Below, piece after piece: positions 23,720-35,699 of a stretch of DNA of 64,000 nt (positions are counted from its first letter, which is position 1; each line of letters starts with the position of its first letter). The stretch is taken from the NCBI RefSeq assembly GCF_020745735.1, contig NC_083410.1:3694117-3758116 (forward strand). Reading direction: 5' to 3'. The position numbers were made by a program, and so were the translations under genes. The notes beneath the pieces were generated by a model. That model worked only from the letters and a program-made list of their open reading frames with translations, searched no databases and was not told the origin of the DNA. The DNA comes from Hemiscyllium ocellatum (lineage: Eukaryota).

Positions 23720-24170
23720 AGAACATGAGACCATAAGATACAGGAGCAGAATTAGAACATTCAGCCCATTGACAATTTGATCACGACTGAAATTCTAAGA
23801 TTCTATGTTAAGAAATGTTTCTCAACCCCATTCTCCTTCCCTCTCCTTGGAACATCTAATGTTTTTTTATGATACAAGCACCTATCTCTCTCTGTCTTAA
23901 ATACACTCAGTGATGTGGCCTCCACAGTCTTCTGTGGCAATGGGTTCCACAGGTTCACCACCCTCTGGATGAAGAAATTCATCCTCACCTGAATTCTAAA
24001 AGATCATCACTCTGAGGCTGTTTCCTCAGATCCTAGTCTGCCATACTGGTGGGTACCTCTTCTCCACATCCACTTTATCCAGGCCCCTCAGTACTCTGGA
24101 TGTTTCAATCAGATCCCACCCCGATTCTTCTAAACTCCAGTGAGTACAGACACAGAGTCCTCAATATGTC
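23720..24170 (-). mobile_element. CR1 3' fragments
   Basis: RMNFFIQRVVNLWNPLPQKTVEA motif. Confidence 0.75.
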
Positions 24171-24429
24171 ACATCTTCATGGGTTACAACCGAAACCAAT
24201 TTAACCTTCAGTTTAAATAACACTGCAGTATAGATCAGCCACCTTCTATCTGAATGTGGAGTGAGCTCAAAAGAGTGAAAGTCTGTAGAATACAATACAT
24301 TTCGAGAAAACAAATCCCTATGTATTCTTTTAAACTCGAAAATCTCTATTATTAAAGACAAATACAGGCTGATGTAGTCATATTGAGAAAGTTCCAGGTT
24401 AACCTAATGTTCCCAATAATAGTTGAAAA

Positions 24430-24620
24430 AACCCATGTGGTTCACTAATGTCCTTCAGGGAAGGAAATCTGCCATCCTTACCTGGTCTGGCCCACATGTG
24501 ACTCCAGACCCACAGAGATATGGATTGCCCTTATTTCCCTCTGAAATAAACAGCAAAGTTACTCAGTTTGCGGGTAATTAGGGACAAGGAACAAATACTG
24601 GCTTTCCTATTGATGCGTAC
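24430..24620 (+). mobile_element. Deu-domain SINE (SacSINE1-like); related copies at about 39420-39740 (-), 50180-50440 (+), 51040-51160 (+)
   Basis: ggttcactaatgtccttcagggaaggaaatctgccatccttacctggtctggc..atgtgactccagacccaca matches the Deu domain as I recall it. Confidence 0.7.
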
Positions 24621-24689
24621 ATCCCATCAGAAAATGAAGTAAATGTGTTCCCTGCAACTCCACAATAACCTGCCCATTACCTGGAGTAG

Positions 24690-25180
24690 TTTAATAAATA
24701 TTGTGGCTACAAGCACAGATGGAAACAAATAACTCGCACTCTGACTCCCACAGCCTGTCCACCAAGTATCTGCAAAGCAGAATGCAGGAATGCAATGGAA
24801 ATCTTCTCAATTGCCTGGATGAGTGTAGCTCCAACAACATTCAAGAAAATTCACCCATCCGGGACAAAGTAGCCCACTTGATTGGCACCACAGCTAACAC
24901 CTTCAACAATGATGGACAGTCTGTACCATCAATAAGATGCCCTCCAGTAACTCACCAAAGCTCCTCCAACAGTAGCTTCTGAACCCACGTCTCTCCCATC
25001 TGAAAGGACAGGACAGTAGCTACATGGGACACCATCTCCTTCAGGTTCCTCTCCAAGGCACACACCATCCAGTCTTGGAAATATATCATCCTCATTCCTT
25101 CAATGTCATTGGATCAAATGTCCCAACACCAAATGGACCACAACAGTTCAGGAAGGCAGCTCACCATCACTTTCTCAAAA
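24690..25180 (+). mobile_element. L2/CR1-clade LINE 3' fragment; related copies at about 35000-35340, 37850-38290 and 51540-51770 on the minus strand
   Basis: Mutually homologous text (aattgcctggatgagtg.agctccaacaac, gcagctcaccatcactt.ctcaa). Clade assignment by recognition only. Confidence 0.55.
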
Positions 25181-26721
25181 CATAGAAAACAGGAGCTGGA
25201 CTAGGCCATTCAGCCCATACCTTTACCAACTTTCAACATAATCAAGGCTGATCATCCACCACAGTCCACCCTGTTCGTCATTTCTCTCTATATACTTTGA
25301 TCCCTTCAGCCCTCAGAACTATATTGTACTCCTTCTTGAAAACATTCAATGTTTTGGCTTCAACTACTTCCTGTGGCTGAAAATTTCTGGAATGGATTAT
25401 GAAGAAGCAATGTATTATAATGAAAGCAACATGTTTCCTTTACCTGTGAGCTTCATTCCATGATATCCAGGCCCAGAATGATTTCCTCTCATTGATAATG
25501 GTTTCCCAGAACATTTCAGTTTCCATTAACTGGCTGAAAATATCCCTTGCATAACTGGACCTTCTAAAACTCCTTGAGAAATTTTACTCAAAGCAGAAAA
25601 CAGGGGAGATACTAAATGAATATTTTGCATCAGTATTTACTGTGGAAAAGGATATGGAAGATATAGACTGTAGGGAAATAGATGGTGACATCTTGCAAAA
25701 TGTTCAGATTACAGAGGAGGAAGTGCTGGATATCTTGAAATGGTTAAAGGTGGATAAATCCCCAGGACCTGATCAGGTGTACCCTAGAACTGAGTGGGAA
25801 GCAAGGGAAGTGATTCCTGGGTCTCTTGCTGAGATACTTGTATCATTGATAGTCATAGGTGAGGTACCGGAAGACTGGAGATTGGTAAACGTGGCGCCAC
25901 TGTTTAAGAAGGGCGGTAAAGACAAGCCAGGGAACTGTAGACCGGTGAGCCTGACCTCAGTGGTGGGCAAGTTGTTGGAGGGAATCCTGAGGGACAGGAT
26001 GTACATGTACTGATTAGGGATAGTCAAAATGGCTTTGCGCATGGGAAATCATGTCTCATAAATTGATTGAGTTTTTTGAAGAAGTAACAAAGAAGATTGA
26101 TGAGGGCAGAGCAATAGATGTGATCTATATGGACTTCAGTAAGGCATTTGACAAGGTTCCACATGGGAGACTGATTAGCAAGGTTATATCTCATGGAACA
26201 AAGGGAGAACTAGCCATTTGGATACAGAATTGGCTCAAAGGTAGAAGACAGAGGTGGTGATGGAGGGTTGTTTTTCAGACTGGAGGCCTGTGACCAGTAG
26301 AGTGTCATAATGATCGGTGCTGGGCCCTCTACTTTTTGTCATTTACATAAATGATTTGGATGTGAGCATAAGAGGTGCAATTAGTAAGTTTGCAGGTGAC
26401 ATCAAAAGCGCAGGTGTAGTGGACAGTGAAGAGGTTTACCTCAGATTACAAGAGGATCTGGACTAGGTGGGCCAATGGGTTGGGAGGTGGCAGATGGAGT
26501 TTAATTCAGATAAAGGCAAGGTGCTGCATTTTGGGAAAGCAAATCTTAGCAGGACTTATACACTTAATGGTAAGGTCCTAGGGAGTGTTGCTGAACAAAG
26601 AGACCTTTGAGTGCAGATTCATAGCTCCTTGAAAGTGGAGTTGCAGGTAATTAGGATAGTGAAGAAGGCTTTTGGTATGCTTTCCTTTGTTGGTCAGAAT
26701 ACTGAGTACAGGAGTTGAGAG

Positions 26722-28019
26722 TAAAAAGTGAGGTCTGCAGATGCTGGAGATCAGAGCTGAAAATGTGTTGCTGGTTAAAGCACAGCAGGTTAGGCAGCAT
26801 CCAAGGAACAGGAAATTCGACGTTTCGGACCAGAGCCCTTCATCAGGAATGAGAAGAGGGTGCCAGGCAGGCTAAGATAAAAGGTAGGGAGGAGGGACTT
26901 GGGGGAGGGGCGATGGAGATGTGATAGGTGGAAGGAGGTCAAGGTGAGGGTGATAGGCCGGAGTGGGGTGGGGGCGGAGAGGTCAGAAAGAAGATTGCAG
27001 GTTAGGAGGGCAGTGCTGAGTTGAGGGAACCGACTGAGACAAGGTGGGGGGAGGGGAAATGAGGAAACTGGAGAAATCTGAGTTCATCCCTTGTGGTTGG
27101 AGGGTTCCCAGGCGGAAGATGAGGCGCTCTTCCTCCAACCGTCGTGTTGTTATGTTCTGCCGATGGAGGAGTCCAAGGACCTACATGTCCTCGGTGGAGT
27201 GGGAGGGAGAGTTAAAGTGTTGAGCCACGGGATGGTTAGGTTGGTTGGTCTGGGCGTCCCAGAGGTGTTCCCTGAAGCGTTCCGCACCTAGGCGGCCCGT
27301 CTCCCCAATTTGGAGGAGGCCACATCGGATGCAGCGGATGCAATAGATGATGTGTGTGGAGGTGCAGGTGAATTTGTGGCGGATATGGAAGGATCCCTTG
27401 GGGCCTTGGAGAGAAGTAAGGGAGGAGGTGTGGGCGCAAGTTTTACATTTCCTGCGGTTGCAGGGGAAGGTGCCGGGAGTGGAGGTTGGGTTGGTGGGGG
27501 GTGTGAACCTGATGAGGGAGTCACGAAGGGAGTGGTCTTTGCGGAACGCTGATAGGGGAGGGGAGGGAAATATATCCTTGGTGGTGGGGTCTGTTTGGAA
27601 GTGGCGGAAATGACAGCGGATGAGACGCTGTATACGGAGGTTGGTGGGGTAGTAGGTGAGAACCAGTGGGGTTCTGTCTTGGTGGCGGTTGGAGGGGCGG
27701 GGCTCAAGGGCGGAGCAGCGGGAAATGGAGGAGATGTGGTGAAGGGCATTGTCAATCACGTCTGGGGGGAATCTGTGGTCCTTGAAGAAGGAGGCCATCT
27801 GGGCTGTACGGTATTGGAACTGGTCCTCCTGGGAGCAGATGCGGCGGAGACGAAGGAATTGGGAATATAGGATGGCGTTTTTACAGGGGGCAGGATGGGA
27901 GGAGATGTAGTCCAGGTAGCTGTGGGAGTCAGTCGGTTTATAGTAGATGTCTGTGTTGAGTCGGTTGCCCGAGATAGAAATGGAAAGGTCTAGGAAGGGG
28001 AGGGAGGATACAGTCCAGG
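26722..28019 (-). mobile_element. Penelope-like element (RT thumb, GIY-YIG endonuclease, pLTR)
   Basis: 285-aa ORF 27181-28038: LPFLDLSI..YYKPTDSHSYLDY.SSHP..CTSTHIIYCIRC..IGETGR. TSD acag(g/a)agttgagag at 26708-26721 and 28020-28033. Confidence 0.9.
26815..26850 (-). ncRNA. Minimal type I hammerhead ribozyme motif, best-preserved copy
   Basis: AUUC-CUGAUGA-A-GGGC-UCUG-GUCC-GAAA-CGUC-GAAU: stem I AUUC/GAAU, stem II GGGC/GUCC, palindromic ACGU stem III, GUC cleavage triplet. Confidence 0.7.
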
Positions 28020-28969
28020 ACAGAAGTTGAGAGGTCATGCTGCGGCTGTACAGGACATTGGTTAAGCCACTGTTGGAATATTGTGTGTAATTCTGGTCTC
28101 CTTCCTATCGGAAAGATGTTGTGAAACTTGAAAGGGTTCAGAAAGGATTTACAAGGATGTTGCCAGAGTTGGAGGATTTGAGCTATAGGGAGAGGCTGAA
28201 CAAGCTGGGACTGTTTTCCCTGGAGCATCAGAGGCTGAGGGATGACCTTATCGCGGTTTACAAAATTATGAGGGGCATGGATAGGATAAATAGACAAAGT
28301 CTTTTCCCTGGGATCGGAGAGTCCAAAACAGAGAGCATAGGTTTCGGGTGAGAGGGGAAAAGTGTAAAAGAGACCTAAGGGGCAACTTTTTCATGCAGAG
28401 GGTGGCACATGTATGGAGGGAGCTGCCAGAACATGTGGTAGAGGCTGGTACAATTACAACATTTAAGAGGCATTTGAATGTGCATATGAATAGGAAGGGT
28501 TTGGAGGGATATGGGCTGTACTGGCAGGTGGGATTAGGTTGGATTGGGATATCTGGTTGGCATGGACGGGTTGGACTGAAGTGTCTGTTTCCATGCTGTA
28601 CTTCTCTATGACTCGATGACTCTAATTGTTGTGCAAAAGTTCAAGCTTGATGAACTGAATGGTCTCAGCCTGGGTTGTAATTTACATTGTTCTGCATGTA
28701 AGCCAGTGATGTTGGTGATTATTGTTGTTGAGAAAATAATAATATCTGAGAGAAAACAGCAGACCTAAGGGAGAGAAGAGACTGGGAGTGCCACAGTGTG
28801 GAATTGATGCAATGGAGTCAAGGATGCAGTAGTTTCAAAAGTGGTATATTCACAATTGAAAAATAAATGAAACTTAATGTGACCTACTGCTTTCTATATC
28901 AAAGCTTAATAATTAAGGAATTTGTACAGATCAATTCAAAGTTCCCTGTCTACAGGATTCATTGGGATG

Positions 28970-29035
28970 GTTATTTTGTTCATCAGGATTTGCTGTTTGT
29001 CGTTCTCGCTCTCTGTCTCTCTGTCTCTGTCTCTG

Positions 29036-29070
<35 letters not shown>

Positions 29071-29367
29071 TGCTCCCCAAGTGTTTTCCACTTCCTTGTA
29101 GAAAACACAGAATGGCTGGTTTACAAATTCTTGTTAAAGGCAACAGCTTGCAGAAGCTGGCAAGGGAGAATAAGCTGACTTTCTTTAGGCATTAGTTAGC
29201 TTTTACTGCAGAGAATATGACTCCACTTCAATTACCAGAGGTCCAATGGCTTCCGGCGAAAATCATTCACACTCGTAAACTGTTCATCCCGCAATGATGT
29301 GTTGATGCTGGTGTTGAACTGGGGTGAACATAGTCAGAAGTCAGATGACACCTGGTTATAGTCCAAC
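28970..29367. repeat. Segmental-duplication module B, inverted copy at about 54680-55010
   Basis: Shared gtgttttccacttccttgtag.aaacacagaatg.ctggtttacaaattcttgtt, caattaccagag.tcc.atggctt, and a Penelope-type fragment at the same position. Confidence 0.85.
29007..29070. repeat. (CTCTGT)n/(CT)n microsatellite
   Basis: Direct reading. Confidence 0.95.
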
Positions 29368-30480
29368 CTGCATGCTTACCTTCATTGACTGGTGTACAAG
29401 AACACCCAGATCTCTTTGTACTGCCCCTTTACCTAAATTGATTCCATTTAGGTAGTAATCTGTCTTCTTGCTCTTGCCACCAAAGTGGATAACCATACAT
29501 TTATCCACATTAAACTGCATCTGCCATGCGTCTGACCACTCACCTAACCTGCCCAGGTCACCCTGTAATCTTCTAATATCCTCCTCACATTTCACCCTGC
29601 CACTCAGCTTAGTATCATCAGCAAATTTGCTAATGTTATTACTAATACCATCTTCTATATCATTAACATATATTGTAAAGAGCTGCGGTCCCAGCACTGA
29701 TCCCTGCGGTACCCCACTGGTCACTGCCTGCCATTCCGAAATGGAGCCGTTTATCACTACTCTTTGTTTCCTATCAGCCAACCAACTTTCAATCCAAGTT
29801 AGTACCTTGCCCCCAATACCATGCACCCTAATGTTGCTCACTAACCTCCTATGTGGGACTTTATCAAAAGCTTTCTGAAAGTCTAGGTACACTACATCTA
29901 CTGGATCTCCCTCATCCATCTTCAGAGTTACATCCTCAAAAAATTCTAGATTAGTCAAGCATGATTTTCCCTTCATTAATCCATGCTGACTCTGACCTAG
30001 CCTGTTACTACTAACCAGGTGTGTTGTAATTTCATCCTTTATAATAGACTCCAGCATCTTTCCCACCACTGAGGTCAGACTAACTGGTCTATAGTTTCCT
30101 GCTTTCTCTCTCCCACCTTTCTTAAAAAGTGGTATAACATTAGCCACCCTCCAATCCGCAGGAACTGATCCCGAATCTATCGAACTCTGGAAAATAATCA
30201 CCATCGCATCCACGATTTCTCGACTCACCTCCTTCAGTACCCTGGGATATAGACCATCAGGCCCCGGGGACTTATCAATCTCCAAACCTAACAGTCTCTC
30301 CAACACCAATTCCTGGCAAATATAAATTTGCTTAAGTTTAGGTCCTTCATCCACTGTTACATCAGGGAGATTGCTTGTGTCTTCCCCAGTGAACACAGAT
30401 CTGAAGTACCAATTCAATTCTTCTGCCATTTCTTTGTTCCCTGTAATATATTTCCCTGTTTCTGTCTTCAAGGGCCCTAC
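29356..30480 (-). mobile_element. CR1 RT fragment with 371-aa open frame
   Basis: NYRPVSLTSVVGK, YLDFQKAFDKVPH, SGVPQGSVLGP, KFADDTKL. Confidence 0.93.
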
Positions 30481-30858
30481 AAAGAAACAATGATATTATC
30501 ACAAGACAGGATGATGAGTCGTTTGGAGGGGAACTTGCTGGGGGGTGGTGTTCTCATCGAACTGCTGCCCTTGTCCTTCTTGATGGAAACAAACCTGAGT
30601 TTTGATCCTATGCAGCAAAATTGGCAAGTGTTGATCTGTTTCTGATGACAGTTCAGAAATATTATTTAACACATGGTTTATTTAATTATTTCTGTTATGA
30701 TGGTTGTTTTTTTTATCTGAATCAGTCACAGATTCATTTCGGTTGTTCAGTGTAACAACATGTTCTCTCTCTGACCACCTTGTGAGATCCTTTCAATACA
30801 GCAGTGCAGAGAGTCTGTTCATATGGGAATAAACGTACTATTACTTTTTTCTTTACAG

Positions 30859-31202
30859 GTATCGCTGGTCCAGTCCTTTTCCAGTCTCCGAGCTTGGAAC
30901 AAGTCATGAGGGTCACGCTGCCTGGTTGCAATGTACCATGAGGAACGCCGCAGTGATACACACTGATGTTCACTGGTACCAACAATCCCCAAAGCAAATA
31001 ATGGAGCCAGTTTTAACACATCTAGGAAGTGGCTCCACACAACGACACCCAGGATTCATGGAGCGATTCCAGTCTTCCAGAGTCTTCTCCAGGAACAGCT
31101 TCATTCTGATCATCAAATGCATGCAGCCCAGTGACAATGGGCTTTATTATTGCTCAGTCTGGGGAAGGATCTATGGGAGAGGAAGCCAGCTCAATATCAC
31201 CA
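30859..31202 (+). pseudogene. V3: VJ-type Ig V exon, one 1-bp deletion
   Basis: ttctttacAG|GIAGPVLFQSPSLEQV(fs near 30910)EGHAAWLQCTMRNAAVIHTDVHWYQQSPKQIMEPVLTHLGSGSTQRHPGFMERFQSSRVFSRNSFILIIKCMQPSDNGLYYCSVWGRIYGRGSQLNIT|GTAAGT. 344 bp versus 345 expected. Confidence 0.9.
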
Positions 31203-31469
31203 GTAAGTAAAGTTTACATAACAATACCCTCCAGTAATAACCTCTTGCCCAGTGGATGAATTGGAGATCAGCTTATGATCAAGAAGATTGAGGAGGTGAT
31301 CTTGTGATGGATTCACTGTGGGGAGGAAGCTGAGATCAGGTTCTGTAATTTATTTACTTGTTTTGTAAGATGTAAGTGACACTGGCTGGGCCAGCATTTA
31401 TTACCCATCCTTAATTGCCCTTGAGAAGGTGGTGCCGAGCTTCCTTCTTGAACCACTGCAGTGACCCAT

Positions 31470-31620
31470 TGGTTGCCACTCTTGGGTCCAGGCTGGACTC
31501 CTACACAATCTATTAAGACCCTACTAAACGGTTCTTCAAAAGCTGTGATCGGAATTAAAGGTGAAGCTTTAATTGAGGGTTGGATATTCCCCAAGTCCTG
31601 TCCAGTTAAGTTTAACATAT
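31470..31620 (-). mobile_element. Gypsy-type integrase fragment
   Basis: PLIPITAFEEPFSRVLIDCVG..KSGNQ, the integrase core N-terminal motif. Confidence 0.7.
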
Positions 31621-31964
31621 TTCTATAATCTTGGCTAATGAAAATGCTTTAATATTTTAAACTGTGTGTTCCTTGTCCTTCAATGAGCTGCCATTGGAAT
31701 TTCATGAGCTAGTTTGCAAAATTTCATTCTGGTCTCAGATGGAGTAACCACCTGATGGATCACTGTCCATTGCTCATCACCTGGTATTTGGAATGGTCTC
31801 TATTTCCTCATTAATACTTTGTCTTTCAAACAATAACACTCAGAGACAGTTTCTGATTTTATTTCTGAGGACCAAAACAGAAATTGCTGGAAAATATCAG
31901 CATCTGTGGAGAGAAATCAGAATTAATATTGCAGGTCCAGTGAACCTGGTACAGAACTAATCGC

Positions 31965-32161
31965 GTTGAAAAATGTGGTGCTGGAAAAACACAGCAGGCC
32001 AGGCAGCATCCGAGGAGCAGGAGAATCGACGTTTCGGGCATAAGCTTATGCCCGAAACATCGATTCTCCTGCTCCTCGGATGCTGCCTGGCCTGCTGTGT
32101 TTTTCCAGCATCACATTTTTCAACTCTGGTCTCCAGCATCTGCAGTCCTCACTTTCTCCTA
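31965..32161. mobile_element. Palindromic Penelope pLTR mini-insertion
   Basis: 80-bp arms 31965-32044 and 32045-32124 (2 mismatches) centred on AAGCTT. 14-bp TSD acagaactaatcgc at 31951-31964 and 32162-32175. Confidence 0.88.
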
Positions 32162-32189
32162 ACAGAACTAATCGCAACAAAAAAAAATG

Positions 32190-32720
32190 ATGGTTTTTAT
32201 ACAGAAAATGGTGTGGCAAGGGTGGTAAGGGTAAACAATAGATGGCAGTAGAGCCCAGTGTGAGAGTAAAACTGTTGGATAGACAAAGGAGTGGGTTATG
32301 GTTGGTCAGGGGGAATGAGCAGCTACTGATGGGCACAGTTAGTGGCTGACAATGGGTAGTCTGCAGTAGCTGCCTGTGTAATGATAAGGTCTGGCGTGCA
32401 GGGGAGGTGGAAAGCATAGGGGAATGTACTGACTCTCTAAAATTGTTGATCTCAATTATTAATTCCAGAAGGCTGCAGGGTGACCAAGTGGAAAATGAGG
32501 TGCTGTTTTCCAGCTTGCTCCGAGCTTCATGAGAACACTACAGCATGATGGAAACAGAGATGTCGGCAAGGGAACATGATGATGTGTTGAAGTGACAAGC
32601 AACTGGGAGATTAGAAGTTTGTTTGCAGACAGAATGGAGATGTTCTGAGAAGATCCACCCAGTCTGTGTTTCATTTCCCATATGAAGAGGAGCCCACATT
32701 GTGAGCAGTGAATACAGTTT
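32190..32720 (-). mobile_element. Older Penelope-like fragment (second family)
   Basis: Degenerate reverse complement of the GIY-YIG C-terminus and pLTR (gaaaatgaggtgctgtt..ccagcttg, gcagtgaatacag). Confidence 0.55.
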
Positions 32721-33090
32721 GTCCCATTACAGAATACTCAGAGAGCTGGATAGAGTGGACGTGAAGAAGATGTTTGTCAGAGAGAGTAGAATCCGGGGCA
32801 CAGCCTTACAATGAAGGGACAATCAATTACAACTGAGATAAAGAGGAATTTCTTCAGACAAAAGGTGGCAAATCTGTGGAACTCATTGCTGCAGAAAGTT
32901 GTAGAGGCCAAGTCATTGAGTATATGTAAGACAGAGATTGATAGGTTCTTATGAGCAAATAGATCAAGGGTTATGGAGAGAGAGCAGGAGAATGGTCTTG
33001 AAACATATCAGCCATGATCAAATGGCAGAGCAGACCTGATGGGCTGAATGGCCCAATTCTCCTCCTAAATCCTATGGCCTTATGGTCTAT
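32710..33090 (+). mobile_element. CR1 3' fragment
   Basis: aggaatttcttcagacaaaaggtggcaaatctgtggaactcattgctgcag; tail ggctgaatggcccaattctcctcct. Confidence 0.75.
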
Positions 33091-33232
33091 AATGTCATGG
33101 TTATTTAGAATAATTAACCCCACTGGCTCACTCTAATACACTTACCATCTGTCCTTCCTCATTAACTGTAAATTGGAGTTCTGCAGAATGTTTAGATGAG
33201 TTTTAATTTATTCACATGTTTTTCTCTTAAAG

Positions 33233-33577
33233 GTTCAAGTGTCCCAGTCATTCACCAGTCTCCCATCGTGGAACATGTTACTGAGGGTCACACTGCCCAA
33301 TTACAGTGCACCTTGAGGTACGCTGCAGTGATACACACCAATATTCACTGGGACCGGGAGAAACCAGGGAATAATATGAAGTGGATTTTAACACATGACA
33401 TGAGGAACATCACACAATGGAGCCCAGGATTTACTGAGTGATTCCAGTCTTCCACAGTCCCCTCCAATAACAGCTTCATTCTGACCATCACAAACGTGCA
33501 GCCCAGTGACACTGGAGTCTCTTCCTGTAAACTGTGGGGAGACATCAGTGGGAATGGAACCCAGCTGACTGTAACAG
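33233..33577 (+). pseudogene. V4: VJ-type Ig V exon, in-frame stop
   Basis: ctcttaaAG|GSSVPVIHQSPIVEHVTEGHTAQLQCTLRYAAVIHTNIHWDREKPGNNMKWILTHDMRNITQWSPGFTE*FQSSTVPSNNSFILTITNVQPSDTGVSSCKLWGDISGNGTQLTVT|GTGAG. 345 bp. TGA at 33439-33441 aligns with CGA in paralogs; YYC is eroded to SSC. Confidence 0.9.
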
Positions 33578-35699
33578 GTGAGTTTTGTTTACCTTAGAAT
33601 AATCTGATACAGTAACCATTTCCACATGGATTTATTGTAGAGGAGAATGTGTTAAATTCCTCTGGTAAAGAGCAAGCAGAGAGCTCGATATAAACATAGA
33701 ACAATTCTCGGCTTTTACTCACAGATAGAATAAACTGTTTCTCCTCTTGGACCAGTTCCTCAATCTCAAACCTTTTCTCTGTCTCTGTCTGTCTTTCTGC
33801 TTCTCTTATCTAATTTGTTCTCAGTGTTGGATTTAACATTCTCCTGTCTCTGTCTGGTTTTGTTTCATTCATTCTTGGGAGGTGACCATCACTGGCCGGG
33901 CTGGTACTTGTTGTCCATCATGAATGGCCCTTGAGAAGAAATGTCTTCTCTGCCACAGGAAGCAGCTGAGGCCAAAACATTGAATGTCTTCAGGAAGAGT
34001 TAGATATAGTCTGAGGGATAAAGGATTCAAAGGGTAAGGGGAGAACATGGGAACAAGGGGCTGAGTTGGATGATCAGCCATGATTATGTTGAAAGCCAGT
34101 GCAGGCACAATGGGCTGAATGGCCTACTTCAGCTCCTGTTTTCAATGTTTTGAGAAGGGGATGGTGAGCTGCCTTCCTGAACTGTTGTGGTCCCCTTTGT
34201 GTTGCCACACTGGGCCTAGTGCACTGAAGGAACTATGATGACGATATTCCATACATACTCGAGCATAAATTGATCTCACGGAAATAAGTTGACCCCCTGT
34301 TTTTGGTCTAAAAATCTAAAGTTTTCCATATATCACATGTCAAAGTCAACCCTAGTTCTTCACAATTAACAGATCAAAATTTATGAGTCAGTGTGCCTGC
34401 CAGTTACACTCTACTCCGGCTTTCCAGTCTGCTGGCTCTGTCATTCCATTCTGGGTTTTCCAGTCCACCAGCCATCATGCTCCAATCCAGATTTTCAGAA
34501 TTACTGTAATTCTTGTGTTTTTTTCTTTATTCATTTAGACTTTAATTTTGCCTCTGCCAACAATACGGTATGAATTTTGACCGGCATGTATTTCAGCCCC
34601 TCAAATATGGCATCCCTGTAATAGTCGGCTCCATAAATTTAACCATAAAATAGTAAAGAAAATCAACTATTACTTCAGTATCTCTGGTATGTGTAGACCT
34701 ACATGCACTTTACGGTACTAGGAACTGGGTTACTGTACATCAGTGCCATTCTACTGTCGCAGGCAGAATGGAGACAAGTATTTTGTAGATAAATATTCAA
34801 TAATGACCATAATTCTTTTTATTTTTGTTGTTTATTGTTTTATAAAGAGATCTGTCTCTTGTTTGTCCATTTTTTTGACTCAGACTAAGAATGAATTTCA
34901 TCCCGTCAAGTGCAATACTTGTGGAATAGTCAGCCCCTAACTTCAGCTTTAAAAAAACAGTCTAAAAAATTTGACTTTTACACAAGTTATACACGGTTTT
35001 TCCAAGTCAGGATAGTGAGTGTCCTGGAGGGGAATCAGAAAGAGATGTTGTCCCATGTACCTGCTGCCTTTGTTCTTTCAGATGGGAGAGGCTGTGGGTT
35101 CAGAAGCTGCTGTTGGAGGAACTTTGGTGAGTTAATGAAGGGCATCTTGTAGATGGTACCCACTGTACATCGGTGTAAAAGGGAGTGAATGTTGAAGATG
35201 TTGGTTCTGGTCTCAATCAGGTGAGCTGCTTTCTTCTGGATGGCCTTGTTTGGAGAAGCTGTTGCCCATGAGAGGTCTGGGTGGTATAAGGGCTGACTAT
35301 AATTATCTAATGCTGTGTTCATGTAGTGAAGGGTTTGGTGCCAAGGCTGCACACAGAAGTTCAACATTACTCCATCAGCCTGTATTTATCTTTAATTTGA
35401 GAATTTATACACAGACATTCACTTCCATGAGTCAGTTCCACATTAAAACTGGACCTGTTTCTCAACATTATTTAAGCTAAAGGTTAAACTGGGTTCCAGT
35501 GGAACTCATTAAGATGTGAGTAATTTATCTGGGAAATTTCAAACTCTCATCTCTCAAGTCTTTGGGCAGTCATTTCCCACAACCCTCTGTTCTGCTCAAT
35601 GACACTCCCACCTCCACCTCTGATGTCCTTGTCCTGAGCTAAACCCTTCCTCAGCCCTATCCTGGTTACTTCCTGGTCCACCTGGTCAAGTCCTGTCAG

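Larger units (their letters stand above)
25600..28625 (+). mobile_element. CR1 ORF2 3' part, split by a Penelope insertion at 26722-28019
   Basis: DKSPGPDQVYPR..NCRPVSLTSVVGK, IYMDFSKAFDKVPHG; resumes at 28020 with MLRLYRTLVKPLLEYCV; gactc tail. Confidence 0.9.

Noticed and set aside
29112-29195. 27-aa ORF MAGLQILVKGNSLQKLARENKLTFFRH shared with the inverted copy near 54850-54930
   Set aside because: Six amino-acid changes versus three silent ones show no purifying signal; persistence is expected from recent duplication; it is not a signal peptide.
28867-29195. ORFs with SVSVSV, LCLCLC and RQRQRQ runs
   Set aside because: Translations of the (CTCTGT)n microsatellite.
34249-34728. Possible pogo/Tc2-like MITE
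   Set aside because: The ends only loosely resemble ccgtatatactcgcgtataa-type TIRs and are too degenerate to support.
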